A stretch of DNA of 64,000 bases, taken from a virus. Below are positions 20,077 through 30,100 of the stretch, piece by piece. The position numbers and the translations under genes were made by a program. Numbering within the stretch: the stretch's first letter is position 1; the number at the start of each line of letters is the position of its first letter. The stretch is taken from the IMG/VR virus record IMGVR_UViG_3300017706_001340, positions 23,770-87,769 of that record. One strand, 5' to 3'. The notes beneath the pieces are model-generated. The model was not told the origin of the DNA. It saw only the letters and a list, made by a program, of their open reading frames with translations, and did no database searches.

Positions 20077-21394
20077 TCAATTAGATAGTGAGTTCTATGA
20101 AACGATCATCGCATACAACATGTTGTTGGATGAACCATATCTCGCGAGTATAATTGACCATCTTGATGAAAGATTCTTCGAGAATAAAAATATAGCTAAT
20201 ATTGTTAAGATAATAACAGAGTTTTATAATCGCAGAAGTGTTGCTCCGACACTGACTGAGATCAAGAGCTATCTTATCGATGATAAACTCAAGATGAGTT
20301 TCAAATCTGTTGTTAGTATGTTTGATGAGATTGATAAGAACTTTAATAAGACTGAATTGTATGAAAACACAGAGAAATTTTTAAAAGAAAAGTCTGTGTA
20401 CCATACACTATTAGAGGTCGCAGATCAAACAGGTGATGAGATGAACACTGGTGAGATACTACATAAATTTGAGAAAGCTTGTAGTGTGACATTAGCCGCT
20501 GATTTAGGTTTAGATTATATTGATGAGATAGATAGACACATAAACGACTTGAAGACGATCGATAGTACAATCTCATGCGGATGGCCGTGGTTGGATAGAA
20601 AAATGGATGGTGGTTTCTTGGAACAAGGTCGAGCAATATATGTTTTCGCTGGTGAGACAAATATCGGTAAGAGTATATTTCTTGGTAACATCGCGAAAAA
20701 TATTGCCGATCAAGGGAAAACAGTACTGTTGATAAGCTTGGAGATGAGTGAGCTGGTTTACGCTAAAAGAATTACTACTAATTTGACACAGATACCAATA
20801 AGAGATTTACACTCCCGTACAGATGATATCGAGTCAGCGGTAAAACAATACAAACAACGTAACAGTAAATCCAAAGTCATCGTAAAGGAGTTTCCTCCGA
20901 GTACAGTAACATGCAAGCATCTCAAGGGATATATAAAAAAATTAACTGACCGAGGTGTGAAGTTAGATGCTATTGTGGTAGATTACGTAAATTTACTTAA
21001 AAGTGACCTAGGTACAAACAGCTATGAGCGGATAAAATATGCTACTGAAGAACTGCGAGCTTTAAGTTATGTGTTTGAGTGTCCCGTCATAACAGCAACA
21101 CAATTGAATCGCTCTGGTTATAGTGAGGTCAATCCAGGGTTGGATACCGTTGGAGAGAGTTATGGTTTAGCAGCAACAGCAGATGCAATCTTTAGTATAT
21201 GGAGAGAGGAAGAAGATATTGAAGCTGGTGTACTAAAATTAGGAGTCATGAAGAATAGATTTGGTGAGAATTACGGTAGTGTCATAATGGAGATTGATTA
21301 CGATACATTGACACTAAAGGAAGCTAGTGAACAGGTACAAAATATCGACATGACAGACACGATAAACAGCCTGGATCTACTCAATAACAGTTGA
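20066..21394 (+). CDS. gp41: Replicative DnaB-like helicase gp41
   Basis: GETNIGKS, SLEM, VVDY, ATQLNR, KNRFG. Confidence 0.95.
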   Translation: MSVNQLDSEFYETIIAYNMLLDEPYLASIIDHLDERFFENKNIANIVKIITEFYNRRSVAPTLTEIKSYLIDDKLKMSFKSVVSMFDEIDKNFNKTELYENTEKFLKEKSVYHTLLEVADQTGDEMNTGEILHKFEKACSVTLAADLGLDYIDEIDRHINDLKTIDSTISCGWPWLDRKMDGGFLEQGRAIYVFAGETNIGKSIFLGNIAKNIADQGKTVLLISLEMSELVYAKRITTNLTQIPIRDLHSRTDDIESAVKQYKQRNSKSKVIVKEFPPSTVTCKHLKGYIKKLTDRGVKLDAIVVDYVNLLKSDLGTNSYERIKYATEELRALSYVFECPVITATQLNRSGYSEVNPGLDTVGESYGLAATADAIFSIWREEEDIEAGVLKLGVMKNRFGENYGSVIMEIDYDTLTLKEASEQVQNIDMTDTINSLDLLNNS

Positions 21395-21427
21395 TTGTTT
21401 TTTTACTGTTAATAAATAAATTAAATA

Positions 21428-22327
21428 GTGAAAAAGATAGCTGTATTTACTGATTGCGACCTGGATGGACTTAGCTGTATGTCTGTTTTCCGATGGTTTA
21501 CAAACACAAAGATGGATCACCAGATATGTTCTCAATCCAACTTCAGAAAAACATTTACCCGATGGTGTCAGAGAAATCGACCAGAGACGTTTGATAAGAT
21601 TTACATCTTTGATCTTGATGTGTCACAATCTAATATTGACCTTGTTGATCATCATAATTTCACTATAATAGATCACCATGACACACATGTGGCTAACAAG
21701 GATAAGTATAAAAATGCAAGTGTGATATTGAAGGACTATAGTAGTTGTTGTAAGCTGATATATCACCTCATGGTCAAGAAGTATCCAGATAAAGTTTTAG
21801 ATGATACTCAACGATTATTAGTTCTACTAGCAGATGATTATGATAGTTATGAGTTGAAATTAAAAGACTCGTATAGTCTGAATGTGATTGTGTGGAATTA
21901 TGTTGGAGATAGAGCAGAACAATTTCAACGAGATTTTGGTGACGGATTCAAGGGATTTAACGAATCACACTTGAACATGATACACTTGAACAACAAACAG
22001 GTCAATCGCATATTGTCGGAGCTTGAGATATACAGTGGAGAGATACCTATAAATGGTAGAATGTATAAAATATATGCCACGATGGCAGACAAGAGTCTGA
22101 ACGAGGTAGCACACCATGTAATCAACAGCTATGATTGTGAGATTTGTTTGGTGATGAATTTGAGAACAAAAAGGGTTAGCTTCAGAAAGAATAAAGAAAA
22201 AATTCCAGACCTGGATTTAGGTAAGCTGGCTCAAAACATTGCAGAAGGTGGAGGTCATGTACATTCATCCGGAGGGCAAATAACAGATAATATTTTAACA
22301 GTAACAAAAATGTTACAACCAGTATAA
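21428..22327 (+). CDS. DHH/DHHA1 phosphoesterase
   Basis: DCDLDG, FDL, IDHH, DDYD, GGGH; GTG start. Confidence 0.88.
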   Translation: MKKIAVFTDCDLDGLSCMSVFRWFTNTKMDHQICSQSNFRKTFTRWCQRNRPETFDKIYIFDLDVSQSNIDLVDHHNFTIIDHHDTHVANKDKYKNASVILKDYSSCCKLIYHLMVKKYPDKVLDDTQRLLVLLADDYDSYELKLKDSYSLNVIVWNYVGDRAEQFQRDFGDGFKGFNESHLNMIHLNNKQVNRILSELEIYSGEIPINGRMYKIYATMADKSLNEVAHHVINSYDCEICLVMNLRTKRVSFRKNKEKIPDLDLGKLAQNIAEGGGHVHSSGGQITDNILTVTKMLQPV

Positions 22328-22638
22328 TGGCATCTTATATTAAAGGTTCAATCTCTCAAACAGATCCTGTTGAGGTAGCGTATGAAAATGAGTATGTACA
22401 TTTGTTCTTAAGCTTTTGCTCGTATGTATGTATTGTTAAAAATAAGAAGTTAAACCTACCTAACATATTTTTGTGTCTGTTGAGAGAACCGGAGTTGAGA
22501 GATATATTCAAGATGCTCGTCGATGTGGAGACTGATTATGATGTGCTGAAGTGTTTTCTTGATCATGACCCGACCTTACATCGCTCAAAATATATTCGCA
22601 ATTTCTTGATACAAAATCCGACTCTAAATGTTAAATGA
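22327..22638 (+). CDS. Hypothetical protein
   Basis: 103-aa ORF, translationally coupled. Confidence 0.7.
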   Translation: MASYIKGSISQTDPVEVAYENEYVHLFLSFCSYVCIVKNKKLNLPNIFLCLLREPELRDIFKMLVDVETDYDVLKCFLDHDPTLHRSKYIRNFLIQNPTLNVK

Positions 22639-22976
22639 CAGAATTAGAGAAGAGAATATATAACTGTTGGTTAGCGACTACGAGATCAAAAACAAACAAA
22701 CCATTTAAGCTGCGTAAAAAGTGGGATGGTTTTGAGGATAAGATTGAATACAATTATGTAAAAAAAGTTGCATCTATACTTAAGAGATACGATAATATTA
22801 ATATTGATGATTGGTTCAACGCACCTTATGACTTATACCCTGAACAACATGTTGCATACGACTTGCAATTTTACAGCACTATGAAAGCATTCGCATGCTA
22901 CAGAATCAACAAACAAAAAACAGAAAAACTAACACACGACGAATTCTATAAAACGATTAAAAAAACAAGTTGCTAA
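22635..22976 (+). CDS. Hypothetical basic protein (gp59-like position)
   Basis: 113-aa basic ORF just upstream of gp32; function suggested by position only. Confidence 0.55.
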   Translation: MTELEKRIYNCWLATTRSKTNKPFKLRKKWDGFEDKIEYNYVKKVASILKRYDNINIDDWFNAPYDLYPEQHVAYDLQFYSTMKAFACYRINKQKTEKLTHDEFYKTIKKTSC

Positions 22977-22998
22977 AGAGACAAATATAATATAAAAT
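22970..22998 (+). promoter_or_regulatory. Sigma70-type promoter for gp32
   Basis: TTGCTA-17-TAAAAT, 8 nt before ATG. Confidence 0.55.
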
Positions 22999-23006
22999 AA
23001 ATTAAA

Positions 23007-23891
23007 ATGAGTACATTCACAAAATCCATGTTCGCGAGTATCAAAGATGCTCTAACAAAAGAAGGTAGTAGTAATAAGACTGCAGATATAATGAGAACCA
23101 AACCAGGTAATTCATATGAGGTAAGATTATTACCTAACGTTGAAGATCCAAGTAAGACCTTTTATCATTACTTTAGTCATGGTTGGACTAGTTTCAGTAC
23201 TGGTCAGTATGTCTCAGCATTGAGTCCTATGACTTGGGGTGATAGAGATCCAATTTCTGAATACAGGCTCAAAGTTTATAGAGGTGGTTCTCCGGAAGAA
23301 AAGGCTAAGTCGGATTCAATCTTCCGGAGAGAGAATTGGCTAGTTAATGCGTATGTTGTGAATGATCCTGATGATCCTGAGAACAATGATACAGTGAAAA
23401 TTTTGCGCTTTGGTAAACAATTACATAAGATCATCATGGAGGGTATTACTGGTGAGGATTCAGATCAGTTCGGTGAGAAAATTTTTGATCTATCTAGCAG
23501 TGGTTGTACATTCAGAGTGAGGTGTGAGAAGCAGGGTGATTATCCTACATATGTATCAAGTAAATTCTTGATGCCTGCGGAAATACCTGGCATGACTGAC
23601 TCGAGAATTAAAGATGTGTATGATAGCTGCCACACGCTTGATGATACGTTCAGATCAAAAACATATGAAGAGTTGAAGCAGATGTTAGATGAACATTTTC
23701 ATTGTAAGGATCCTAGTGCAGTGGAAGATTCTCCAACAGTCACAGTCCCGTCGAGTGTCAGAGAGGATACTGATACAGAGGAAGAGGTTCCTATGGATTT
23801 TGGTGATAAATCGTCAAAATCATCTAATGATGATGACCCACTTGAAGACGATAAGGTCAAGGAGTTGTTAGCTGGTTTAGATGATGTCTAA
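23007..23891 (+). CDS. gp32: Single-stranded DNA-binding protein gp32
   Basis: VRLLP, N.YVVNDP..PEN...VKILRFGK, YPTY..SKF, acidic tail. Confidence 0.9.
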   Translation: MSTFTKSMFASIKDALTKEGSSNKTADIMRTKPGNSYEVRLLPNVEDPSKTFYHYFSHGWTSFSTGQYVSALSPMTWGDRDPISEYRLKVYRGGSPEEKAKSDSIFRRENWLVNAYVVNDPDDPENNDTVKILRFGKQLHKIIMEGITGEDSDQFGEKIFDLSSSGCTFRVRCEKQGDYPTYVSSKFLMPAEIPGMTDSRIKDVYDSCHTLDDTFRSKTYEELKQMLDEHFHCKDPSAVEDSPTVTVPSSVREDTDTEEEVPMDFGDKSSKSSNDDDPLEDDKVKELLAGLDDV

Positions 23892-24459
23892 TACTGAAGA
23901 ACAGTCAAATCCATACAATTATAGGGATCATGAGAATGAATCCCCGATGGGTAGAGATGATGTATTGGCGGTTGCTAGTTTGTTTGGTCAGGTCGCTGGT
24001 TCTCTGAGTGAGATTGATAAAAATAATGTTGGTAGTGAGAGTGTGAATATAAAGGCAAAAAAAATTGACCCAAAAACAGCACTAAAGAATTACACTAATA
24101 GTGCAGTCGGTCAAACAACACCTCTACCAGCACATCAACCGATATCAATACCAACTGAACCACAACAGCATGTTCAACAGGCTCAACCAGTCCAACAACC
24201 CCTACCAGTCATAACACAACAACATGTTGATACTGAGAATAATCTAGAGCGACGAGTGATCGAACTAGAAAAAATTGTTGAGACGTATCGGAGCATCGTC
24301 AAATTTAAGCGTGGTATTAGCTACAACATAACAACAAGTAAGATATCTGGTACGTTCAAGGACATGAGTACAATTCTGGACATAATAACAGCAGAACTTG
24401 CAAAGCAGACAAAAAGCATTACAATAAAGCTTAATGACAACACTAAAAATAAGCGATAG
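23881..24459 (+). CDS. Hypothetical protein with Gln/Pro linker
   Basis: 192-aa ORF overlapping its neighbours. Confidence 0.7.
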   Translation: MMSNTEEQSNPYNYRDHENESPMGRDDVLAVASLFGQVAGSLSEIDKNNVGSESVNIKAKKIDPKTALKNYTNSAVGQTTPLPAHQPISIPTEPQQHVQQAQPVQQPLPVITQQHVDTENNLERRVIELEKIVETYRSIVKFKRGISYNITTSKISGTFKDMSTILDIITAELAKQTKSITIKLNDNTKNKR

Positions 24460-25171
24460 AGCAACATTTATAAATAACTTCCTCTCACCTATAGGTAAAC
24501 TGACTGAGAATACAGTCGTGAAAGTGAGAGAACAAGAACTAGCTGCCGTTAGCTCGAGTAGTGACGGTACATTGATTGTGAATTGCTCCTTACCACAGCA
24601 AAACAGTGTATCGGATACGTTATTCCTGAACATACCTGACATCAATAAGTTGATAAAGGTGTTAGGTTGTGTTGAATCAGAAGAGATTGAACTGTTGTAC
24701 AACAATAACAACTTAGAGTACAAGTCAGCAAATGTTGGTTTCAAATATCACCTACTTGAAGATGGTATAATCGATCTACCATCTGTTGATATTAATAAAA
24801 TACAAGGTATTGATTTTCCATTTAAATTTGATGTACAACCAGCAATAATAAATCAGCTGATCAAAGCGAGTACATTCGTGACAGATACTAACAAAATATA
24901 TTTCCATGTCAATGGTGATTCAGTTGATGCTACACTAACCGATAAACAGAGACATAACGTAGATAGTTACACTCAGCAGATATCCGATCAATTCACCGGT
25001 GCTCCACTCACAAAGAATCTCGCGATGAACTTCGAAACAATCCGGATAATCAGTACTTTGAGATTTGACAGTCTGAGCATCCATGTAAATCCGGATTTAA
25101 ACGTGTTTCTATTTCGTATAAATGTCAAGGGTTGTAATATAATCATTGTTTCTTCTGGTTACGTGGGATAA
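24434..25171 (+). CDS. gp45: Sliding clamp gp45-like
   Basis: 245 aa, two-domain clamp-like pattern (IPDINKLIKVL, FKYHL, INQLIKAS); replication context. Confidence 0.7.
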   Translation: MTTLKISDRATFINNFLSPIGKLTENTVVKVREQELAAVSSSSDGTLIVNCSLPQQNSVSDTLFLNIPDINKLIKVLGCVESEEIELLYNNNNLEYKSANVGFKYHLLEDGIIDLPSVDINKIQGIDFPFKFDVQPAIINQLIKASTFVTDTNKIYFHVNGDSVDATLTDKQRHNVDSYTQQISDQFTGAPLTKNLAMNFETIRIISTLRFDSLSIHVNPDLNVFLFRINVKGCNIIIVSSGYVG

Positions 25172-25180
25172 ATCATATTA

Positions 25181-25510
25181 ATGAAGAATAAAATTTACAC
25201 ATTATCATACTTTAAGAAAAGACTTAAGGACTCAGGATACATTGTATGGGATATTATGAATAAGTATGCCATGGAGGATCCAAGGAAGTGGACTGTGCTT
25301 GTCAATCCTAGCATTGAGTCAGTATACATAACATGTATAGTCAATAGAAATGAGCTAGGTCAACTTCCGGAATTTGAGATAAACGACGGTGGTATGCGGT
25401 TTCAGAAAAATTTGACTTTAATGACTAGTAGTATGGAGGTTATTATAAACTTACTGTCGAGAAAAGGTATTGTGGCGGATGATTCTTTATTGTATAAGAA
25501 AGATAAATAA
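25181..25510 (+). CDS. Hypothetical protein
   Basis: 109-aa ORF. Confidence 0.7.
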   Translation: MKNKIYTLSYFKKRLKDSGYIVWDIMNKYAMEDPRKWTVLVNPSIESVYITCIVNRNELGQLPEFEINDGGMRFQKNLTLMTSSMEVIINLLSRKGIVADDSLLYKKDK

Positions 25511-25888
25511 ATGTACATGACACAAGAAAACGATAAGTCACCTAAAAAACGGCAACCTGGTTCAACCGGTCCACGTAAGAAGAAGACATCAAAATCAAAG
25601 ACTAATCGTAAGGATGACGAGTACAAGAAAAAAATACATAATGCCATAAAAGTTAATCTTGACGAATATCTTAAGCAACGTAATATAAATCAAAAGCAGA
25701 TCACTTCCATCAATGCGATTATTGAGGAACACTTGAGTTGCTTTATTTTGGTCGGTTATACTGATGACGGTGAACCTGTCACACTTGTAAATGCTGCAAC
25801 ACAAAAAGATAGTGATTCATTAGGAACCATCTTACATAAGGTTATTAAAAAATATTCAGATCCTCCAAACAATCTACCACTACTTTAA
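25511..25888 (+). CDS. Hypothetical protein with basic N-terminus (start may be 25517)
   Basis: ATAAATA at 25503-25509. Confidence 0.7.
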   Translation: MYMTQENDKSPKKRQPGSTGPRKKKTSKSKTNRKDDEYKKKIHNAIKVNLDEYLKQRNINQKQITSINAIIEEHLSCFILVGYTDDGEPVTLVNAATQKDSDSLGTILHKVIKKYSDPPNNLPLL

Positions 25889-25891
25889 GTA

Positions 25892-26791
25892 ATGAAAATA
25901 TTGATATTAGGTAAAGGGTATGTAGGAACTGCCCTGGCAAAAAACTTATCTACATGTTACGAAATCGTACATGTATCACGTTCCGAACTAGACTATACTG
26001 ATAGAGGTACACTCTTCAGATATTTAACCGGTAACGACATCGAGTATATTATAAATACATGCGGTTACACTGGGAGACCCAATGTAGACGCCTGTGAAGA
26101 CAATACCAGTGATACCTGGCATTATAATGTTGTTGTACCTGTTAATATACAGAAGACGTGTAAGGATGCAGGTGTAAAAATGATACACATATCAAGTGGA
26201 TGTATCTATGACGGATACGCAAAGGATTACACTGAAGAGGATGAACCAAATTTTGGGTTACATAGTAATGACAGTAGCTGGTATAGTAAGACTAAGCATG
26301 CATGTGAGATGATGATGAAGGATAAAGATGTGTATATTTTCCGTATCCGCATGCCGTTTTGTGAGTCTTGGTCAGAGAGGAACGTACTAACAAAATTAAT
26401 AAAATATGATAATGTTATTGATCATTTAAACTCTGTCACAAATATAGAAGATCTCTGTGGATTTATAATGTATTTTATTGCTGATATAACCGAGGGTACA
26501 ATAGTTCATGAGTATGGTATTTACAATGTTGTGAATCCTTGTCCTGTAACAACAAGTGCTATTTGTGACCTTTTAAATACAACAGAATTGGGTAATAAAA
26601 ACTGGCAGCATATCGAGTTAGAGGAACTATATAAGACAACCAAAGCGAAACGTTCGAATTGTATACTCAGTGACGATAAAATTAAAAATTTAAACTTGAG
26701 ACTACCTGATACAATCGATAGCTTGAGACGATGCATTAAAAAGATGAAACAAGAGTTAGATGCTCAAGAGAATAACAAAGCTACTGGCTAG
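25892..26791 (+). CDS. NDP-4-keto-6-deoxyglucose 3,5-epimerase/4-reductase (RmlD/NRS-ER-like SDR)
   Basis: GKGYVG, GYTGRPNVDACE, SSGCIY, EEDEPNF, YSKTK, RIRMP. Confidence 0.85.
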   Translation: MKILILGKGYVGTALAKNLSTCYEIVHVSRSELDYTDRGTLFRYLTGNDIEYIINTCGYTGRPNVDACEDNTSDTWHYNVVVPVNIQKTCKDAGVKMIHISSGCIYDGYAKDYTEEDEPNFGLHSNDSSWYSKTKHACEMMMKDKDVYIFRIRMPFCESWSERNVLTKLIKYDNVIDHLNSVTNIEDLCGFIMYFIADITEGTIVHEYGIYNVVNPCPVTTSAICDLLNTTELGNKNWQHIELEELYKTTKAKRSNCILSDDKIKNLNLRLPDTIDSLRRCIKKMKQELDAQENNKATG

Positions 26792-27104
26792 TAATAGTCA
26801 TAAACGGAAAATATTTGCTGTAAGAGAAGGTACCTACAAGGGTAACTTCATTGTTTGTGTGAATGTATCAGACGAAAAGTATGATTTCTTGATGTTACCA
26901 CATAATGAATCTATATCAATGTCTAGAGATGACTTTGATACCGGTATAAAAAATAAAATAGTTGACGTTATTGAGAAATTACCTCATAATGTATTTGAAA
27001 TCTGCTGTGCACAATATAATGAATCAAAAGCCAAAGACAATATTAATAGACTCAAGCAATCTGTTACACCGAGCGGTGTGGATCGCGGAGAACACGAGAA
27101 ATAA
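26760..27104 (+). CDS. Hypothetical protein
   Basis: 114-aa ORF filling the gap; long 3' overlap with rnh. Confidence 0.6.
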   Translation: MLKRITKLLASNSHKRKIFAVREGTYKGNFIVCVNVSDEKYDFLMLPHNESISMSRDDFDTGIKNKIVDVIEKLPHNVFEICCAQYNESKAKDNINRLKQSVTPSGVDRGEHEK

Positions 27105-27939
27105 CGTACATCCAGCATCCATCTTCCTGGGTAGTATAAGGAAGTATGCAACGATGTTCAGTTGTTGTAATATATATTCAATTTGGGACAAGAGGCTCAT
27201 AAGAGGTGTCAAAAACTATCGTAGACTTGCTAAAAATGTTGAATATAAGGGTAACAGAGACGTAGTTAAGAATGAACATGTATTTAGTTACGAGGAATCA
27301 ACAACAGAGTTATTGAACTGTTTGGGTATTAAAAATATGTACCCTGGAATACTTGAAGCAGATGATGTAATTGCTTGGTTATGCAAGCAAGGTGATGACC
27401 GTAAGGTGATTGTAAGTGTTGATCAAGACATGCTACAATTGGTGAGTGAAAATGTTGATGTTTATAGTCCCATAAAGGATAAGCATATAAATCTAGACAA
27501 CTTTGAGGAACATACAAATGTATCAATTGATCAATTTTTGAGATACAAATCATTGATTGGTGACAAATCCGACAATTTACCTGGTCTAGATAAATGTGGA
27601 CCTAAGACAGCTAAAAAATTAATTACAGAGTGTCCGAATGACAATTTATTAATTGAAAAGGTAGGAAACGAGAGGTTGAGAAATTACTTTGTGAATTTAG
27701 AGATGATTGATCTCAAGCAAGGAGAGTTGAAGCACCCAGAGGATACAAAACTGTATATCAAACAGTATGATGAATTACAAGAACATCAACCGGATTTTGA
27801 TACCTTTAGATCGAAGTGTGAGTCACTTAATATGAATAGTATTGTTAATCGTATAGATGACTGGAAACAGATATTCACGAATAGTAATATAAATGATAAG
27901 CTTGAAAGCATTGTAAATAGTCTATCCTTGAATAAATAG
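27019..27939 (+). CDS. rnh: T4 RNase H-like 5'-3' exonuclease (FEN family)
   Basis: ILIDSSN, YKGNR, EADD, SVDQDMLQL, GDKSDNLPG..CGPKTA. Confidence 0.9.
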   Translation: MNQKPKTILIDSSNLLHRAVWIAENTRNNVHPASIFLGSIRKYATMFSCCNIYSIWDKRLIRGVKNYRRLAKNVEYKGNRDVVKNEHVFSYEESTTELLNCLGIKNMYPGILEADDVIAWLCKQGDDRKVIVSVDQDMLQLVSENVDVYSPIKDKHINLDNFEEHTNVSIDQFLRYKSLIGDKSDNLPGLDKCGPKTAKKLITECPNDNLLIEKVGNERLRNYFVNLEMIDLKQGELKHPEDTKLYIKQYDELQEHQPDFDTFRSKCESLNMNSIVNRIDDWKQIFTNSNINDKLESIVNSLSLNK

Positions 27940-27943
27940 TGTT

Positions 27944-28129
27944 ATGAACAACATACCATTTGTACAACCAATCATAATACAGTCACCATTTAGTGGTAGT
28001 CCAATGAAACCTCAGATTAGAACTAGAGAGACAGAAGGTAACATCTATACCGAGGCACATTGGTATTGTCCTGATTCCGGTAGATTTGTGCGAAAAGGGG
28101 TCGTAAAGATTGACCCTGTGAAAAGATAG
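27944..28129 (+). CDS. Small ribbon-like protein (late)
   Basis: SPFSG...CPDSG; ATAAATA at 27932-27938. Confidence 0.6.
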   Translation: MNNIPFVQPIIIQSPFSGSPMKPQIRTRETEGNIYTEAHWYCPDSGRFVRKGVVKIDPVKR

Positions 28130-28158
28130 TTGTCAAACCTGATCTTATAGTTTATAAT
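28130..28158 (+). promoter_or_regulatory. Sigma70-type promoter for primase
   Basis: TTGTCA-17-TATAAT, 8 nt before ATG. Confidence 0.75.
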
Positions 28159-28166
28159 AAACTGGT

Positions 28167-29180
28167 ATGATTATACCAGAAGAATTCATAATTCAAAAAT
28201 TCTATCAACATGCCGGTTATCCCAAGCATGTACGATCAACCAATACTTACATGGGAGGTTGTCCGATATGTAGAGAAGGTAAGAGTTGGGGAAGAAAGTC
28301 TAGATTATATTATATACCTAAAGATGGTGTGATATGTTGTCATAATTGTGGTTGGTATGGTAAGCCATTGCAATGGATATTAGAGGTTGAAAAAATACCA
28401 TATGATGAATTAATAAAACAGATAGATAAGTGTGATTATACATATGGAGTACCTGTTGAAGAGAAAGTGAAGCAACAGACAGCGGATTTACCGCTGGATA
28501 GTATAAATTTATTTGACAAGTCACAATTGTCATATTATGTTAATGAGAGTATCGTCCGGCAAGCCGCAGAAACTATCGTTAAACGTCGGTTAAATACAGC
28601 AATTAACAAACCAAAATCAATATATGTCTCACTAAATGACCCGGTGCATAAAAACAGACTGGTTATACCCTTCTATGATAAAACGAGGTCCATTCTGTTC
28701 TATCAGACGCGAACGATACTAGCGAGTGACGAGAGACCCAAATATTTATCTAAACAAAATAGTGAGAAGACACTGTTTAATTATGAGCAAATTGATTCTG
28801 GTACTGATAATGTATTTATAACTGAAGGACCGATAGATTCATTCTTCATCCGGAATTCTGTTGCAGTAGCTGGTATACAAGAGAAGAGTAAGAACACATT
28901 CACTACAACACAACAATCACAGATCGATCGACTGTTTTTAATGCAAAAGGTATGGGTGCTGGATAGTCAGTGGTTAGACTCTGCTAGTAGAATGAAAAGC
29001 GAGATGTTACTAAAATCAGATAACTGTGTATTTATATGGCCTAAAGATATAGGTATGAAGTTTAAGGATATTAATGACATGTGCATACACTTTAAAATAG
29101 ATGAGATCTCTAGCAATTTCTTGCTGGAAAACACTTACTGCGGACTTAAAGGTATTGTGAAACTTCGACAGGTCAGATAG
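28167..29180 (+). CDS. gp61: DNA primase gp61
   Basis: CPIC...CHNC zinc finger, RLVIPF, KYL, Toprim TEGPIDS, KDIND. Confidence 0.92.
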   Translation: MIIPEEFIIQKFYQHAGYPKHVRSTNTYMGGCPICREGKSWGRKSRLYYIPKDGVICCHNCGWYGKPLQWILEVEKIPYDELIKQIDKCDYTYGVPVEEKVKQQTADLPLDSINLFDKSQLSYYVNESIVRQAAETIVKRRLNTAINKPKSIYVSLNDPVHKNRLVIPFYDKTRSILFYQTRTILASDERPKYLSKQNSEKTLFNYEQIDSGTDNVFITEGPIDSFFIRNSVAVAGIQEKSKNTFTTTQQSQIDRLFLMQKVWVLDSQWLDSASRMKSEMLLKSDNCVFIWPKDIGMKFKDINDMCIHFKIDEISSNFLLENTYCGLKGIVKLRQVR

Positions 29181-29622
29181 ATTCTGAACCAGACTCCTTA
29201 CGTCTTGCTAATAGTAGATATTGTTTGAGAGATTCACTCAACCCGGATAGATCTTGTGCTAACCTTGATATTTTTTTACTCTCACTACGTTGTATATCTG
29301 TGAGTATACTGTCACAATCTGCAGAATTAATTGTAAAGTTTATTGATCCTTGATCTGTACCGTTGAGATAATCAATAAAATTTTCAACTTCACCTATCCA
29401 TGTGTTTAATGTCTGTATGGTCCTAGCCGTCTGTTGTTGTTTCAATGCAATCTCCGGATTGTCCGGGATGGCCAGCTGATCAACGTTACCGGCATCCATT
29501 TGTGCACCTGCCGCGGCAACCTCTGCTTCTGGATCCTCCGGTAAAGGTGTTATTGGACCTGGCTGGAGATCTTCAGGAGCCTCCTCTATTATACTGAAAA
29601 ATTTTCTTTGAAATACGTTCAT
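29173..29622 (-). CDS. Acidic hypothetical protein (late)
   Basis: ATAAATA at 29639-29633; N-terminal FFSIIEEA. Confidence 0.75.
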   Translation of the reverse strand: MNVFQRKFFSIIEEAPEDLQPGPITPLPEDPEAEVAAAGAQMDAGNVDQLAIPDNPEIALKQQQTARTIQTLNTWIGEVENFIDYLNGTDQGSINFTINSADCDSILTDIQRSESKKISRLAQDLSGLSESLKQYLLLARRKESGSESI

Positions 29623-29632
29623 GATCTATGTT

Positions 29633-29660
29633 TATTTATGCTAGTTGTATAAGTATTTAT
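29633..29660. promoter_or_regulatory. Divergent overlapping late promoters
   Basis: TATAAGTA (+, 29648-29655) overlaps ATAAATA (-, 29660-29654); second ATAAATA (-) at 29639-29633. Confidence 0.6.
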
Positions 29661-29665
29661 TGAAC

Positions 29666-30100
29666 ATGTCACAAGAAAAAAACAAAAAAGAAACATTATT
29701 CGAAGATCTTCAAGCTGGATCAAATAACTTCATGGGTGTAGGTAAGGGTCCTGGTCAATCAGCTATGCAATTGAAGCCGGCTAAGATAACGTTGATGGAT
29801 CTAATAAGCCAGGCGAAAGATTGGGAGAATCAGATGGGTAAGGCACCCAACCGATTACCATACCCGTTGCAGGATGGTCTTGGTGATCAATTAGGGGATT
29901 TATATGTTAAATCAGTCGATATAAAGAATAAAGTTGCAGAAAGTGGAAAATTTAGTATAATTAAAGATAATGAAAAGGCATACAAAGCTGTACAGCGTAT
30001 ACATAAAAAATTATCTGCTATTGGCGCCGCGATACAAGATGTTGTTGATGATATTGACAACCTTGGAGTTGGTACCAGTACTACTGAATACCATGCATGA
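29666..30100 (+). CDS. Hypothetical protein
   Basis: ATG 10 nt after TATAAGTA. Confidence 0.7.
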   Translation: MSQEKNKKETLFEDLQAGSNNFMGVGKGPGQSAMQLKPAKITLMDLISQAKDWENQMGKAPNRLPYPLQDGLGDQLGDLYVKSVDIKNKVAESGKFSIIKDNEKAYKAVQRIHKKLSAIGAAIQDVVDDIDNLGVGTSTTEYHA

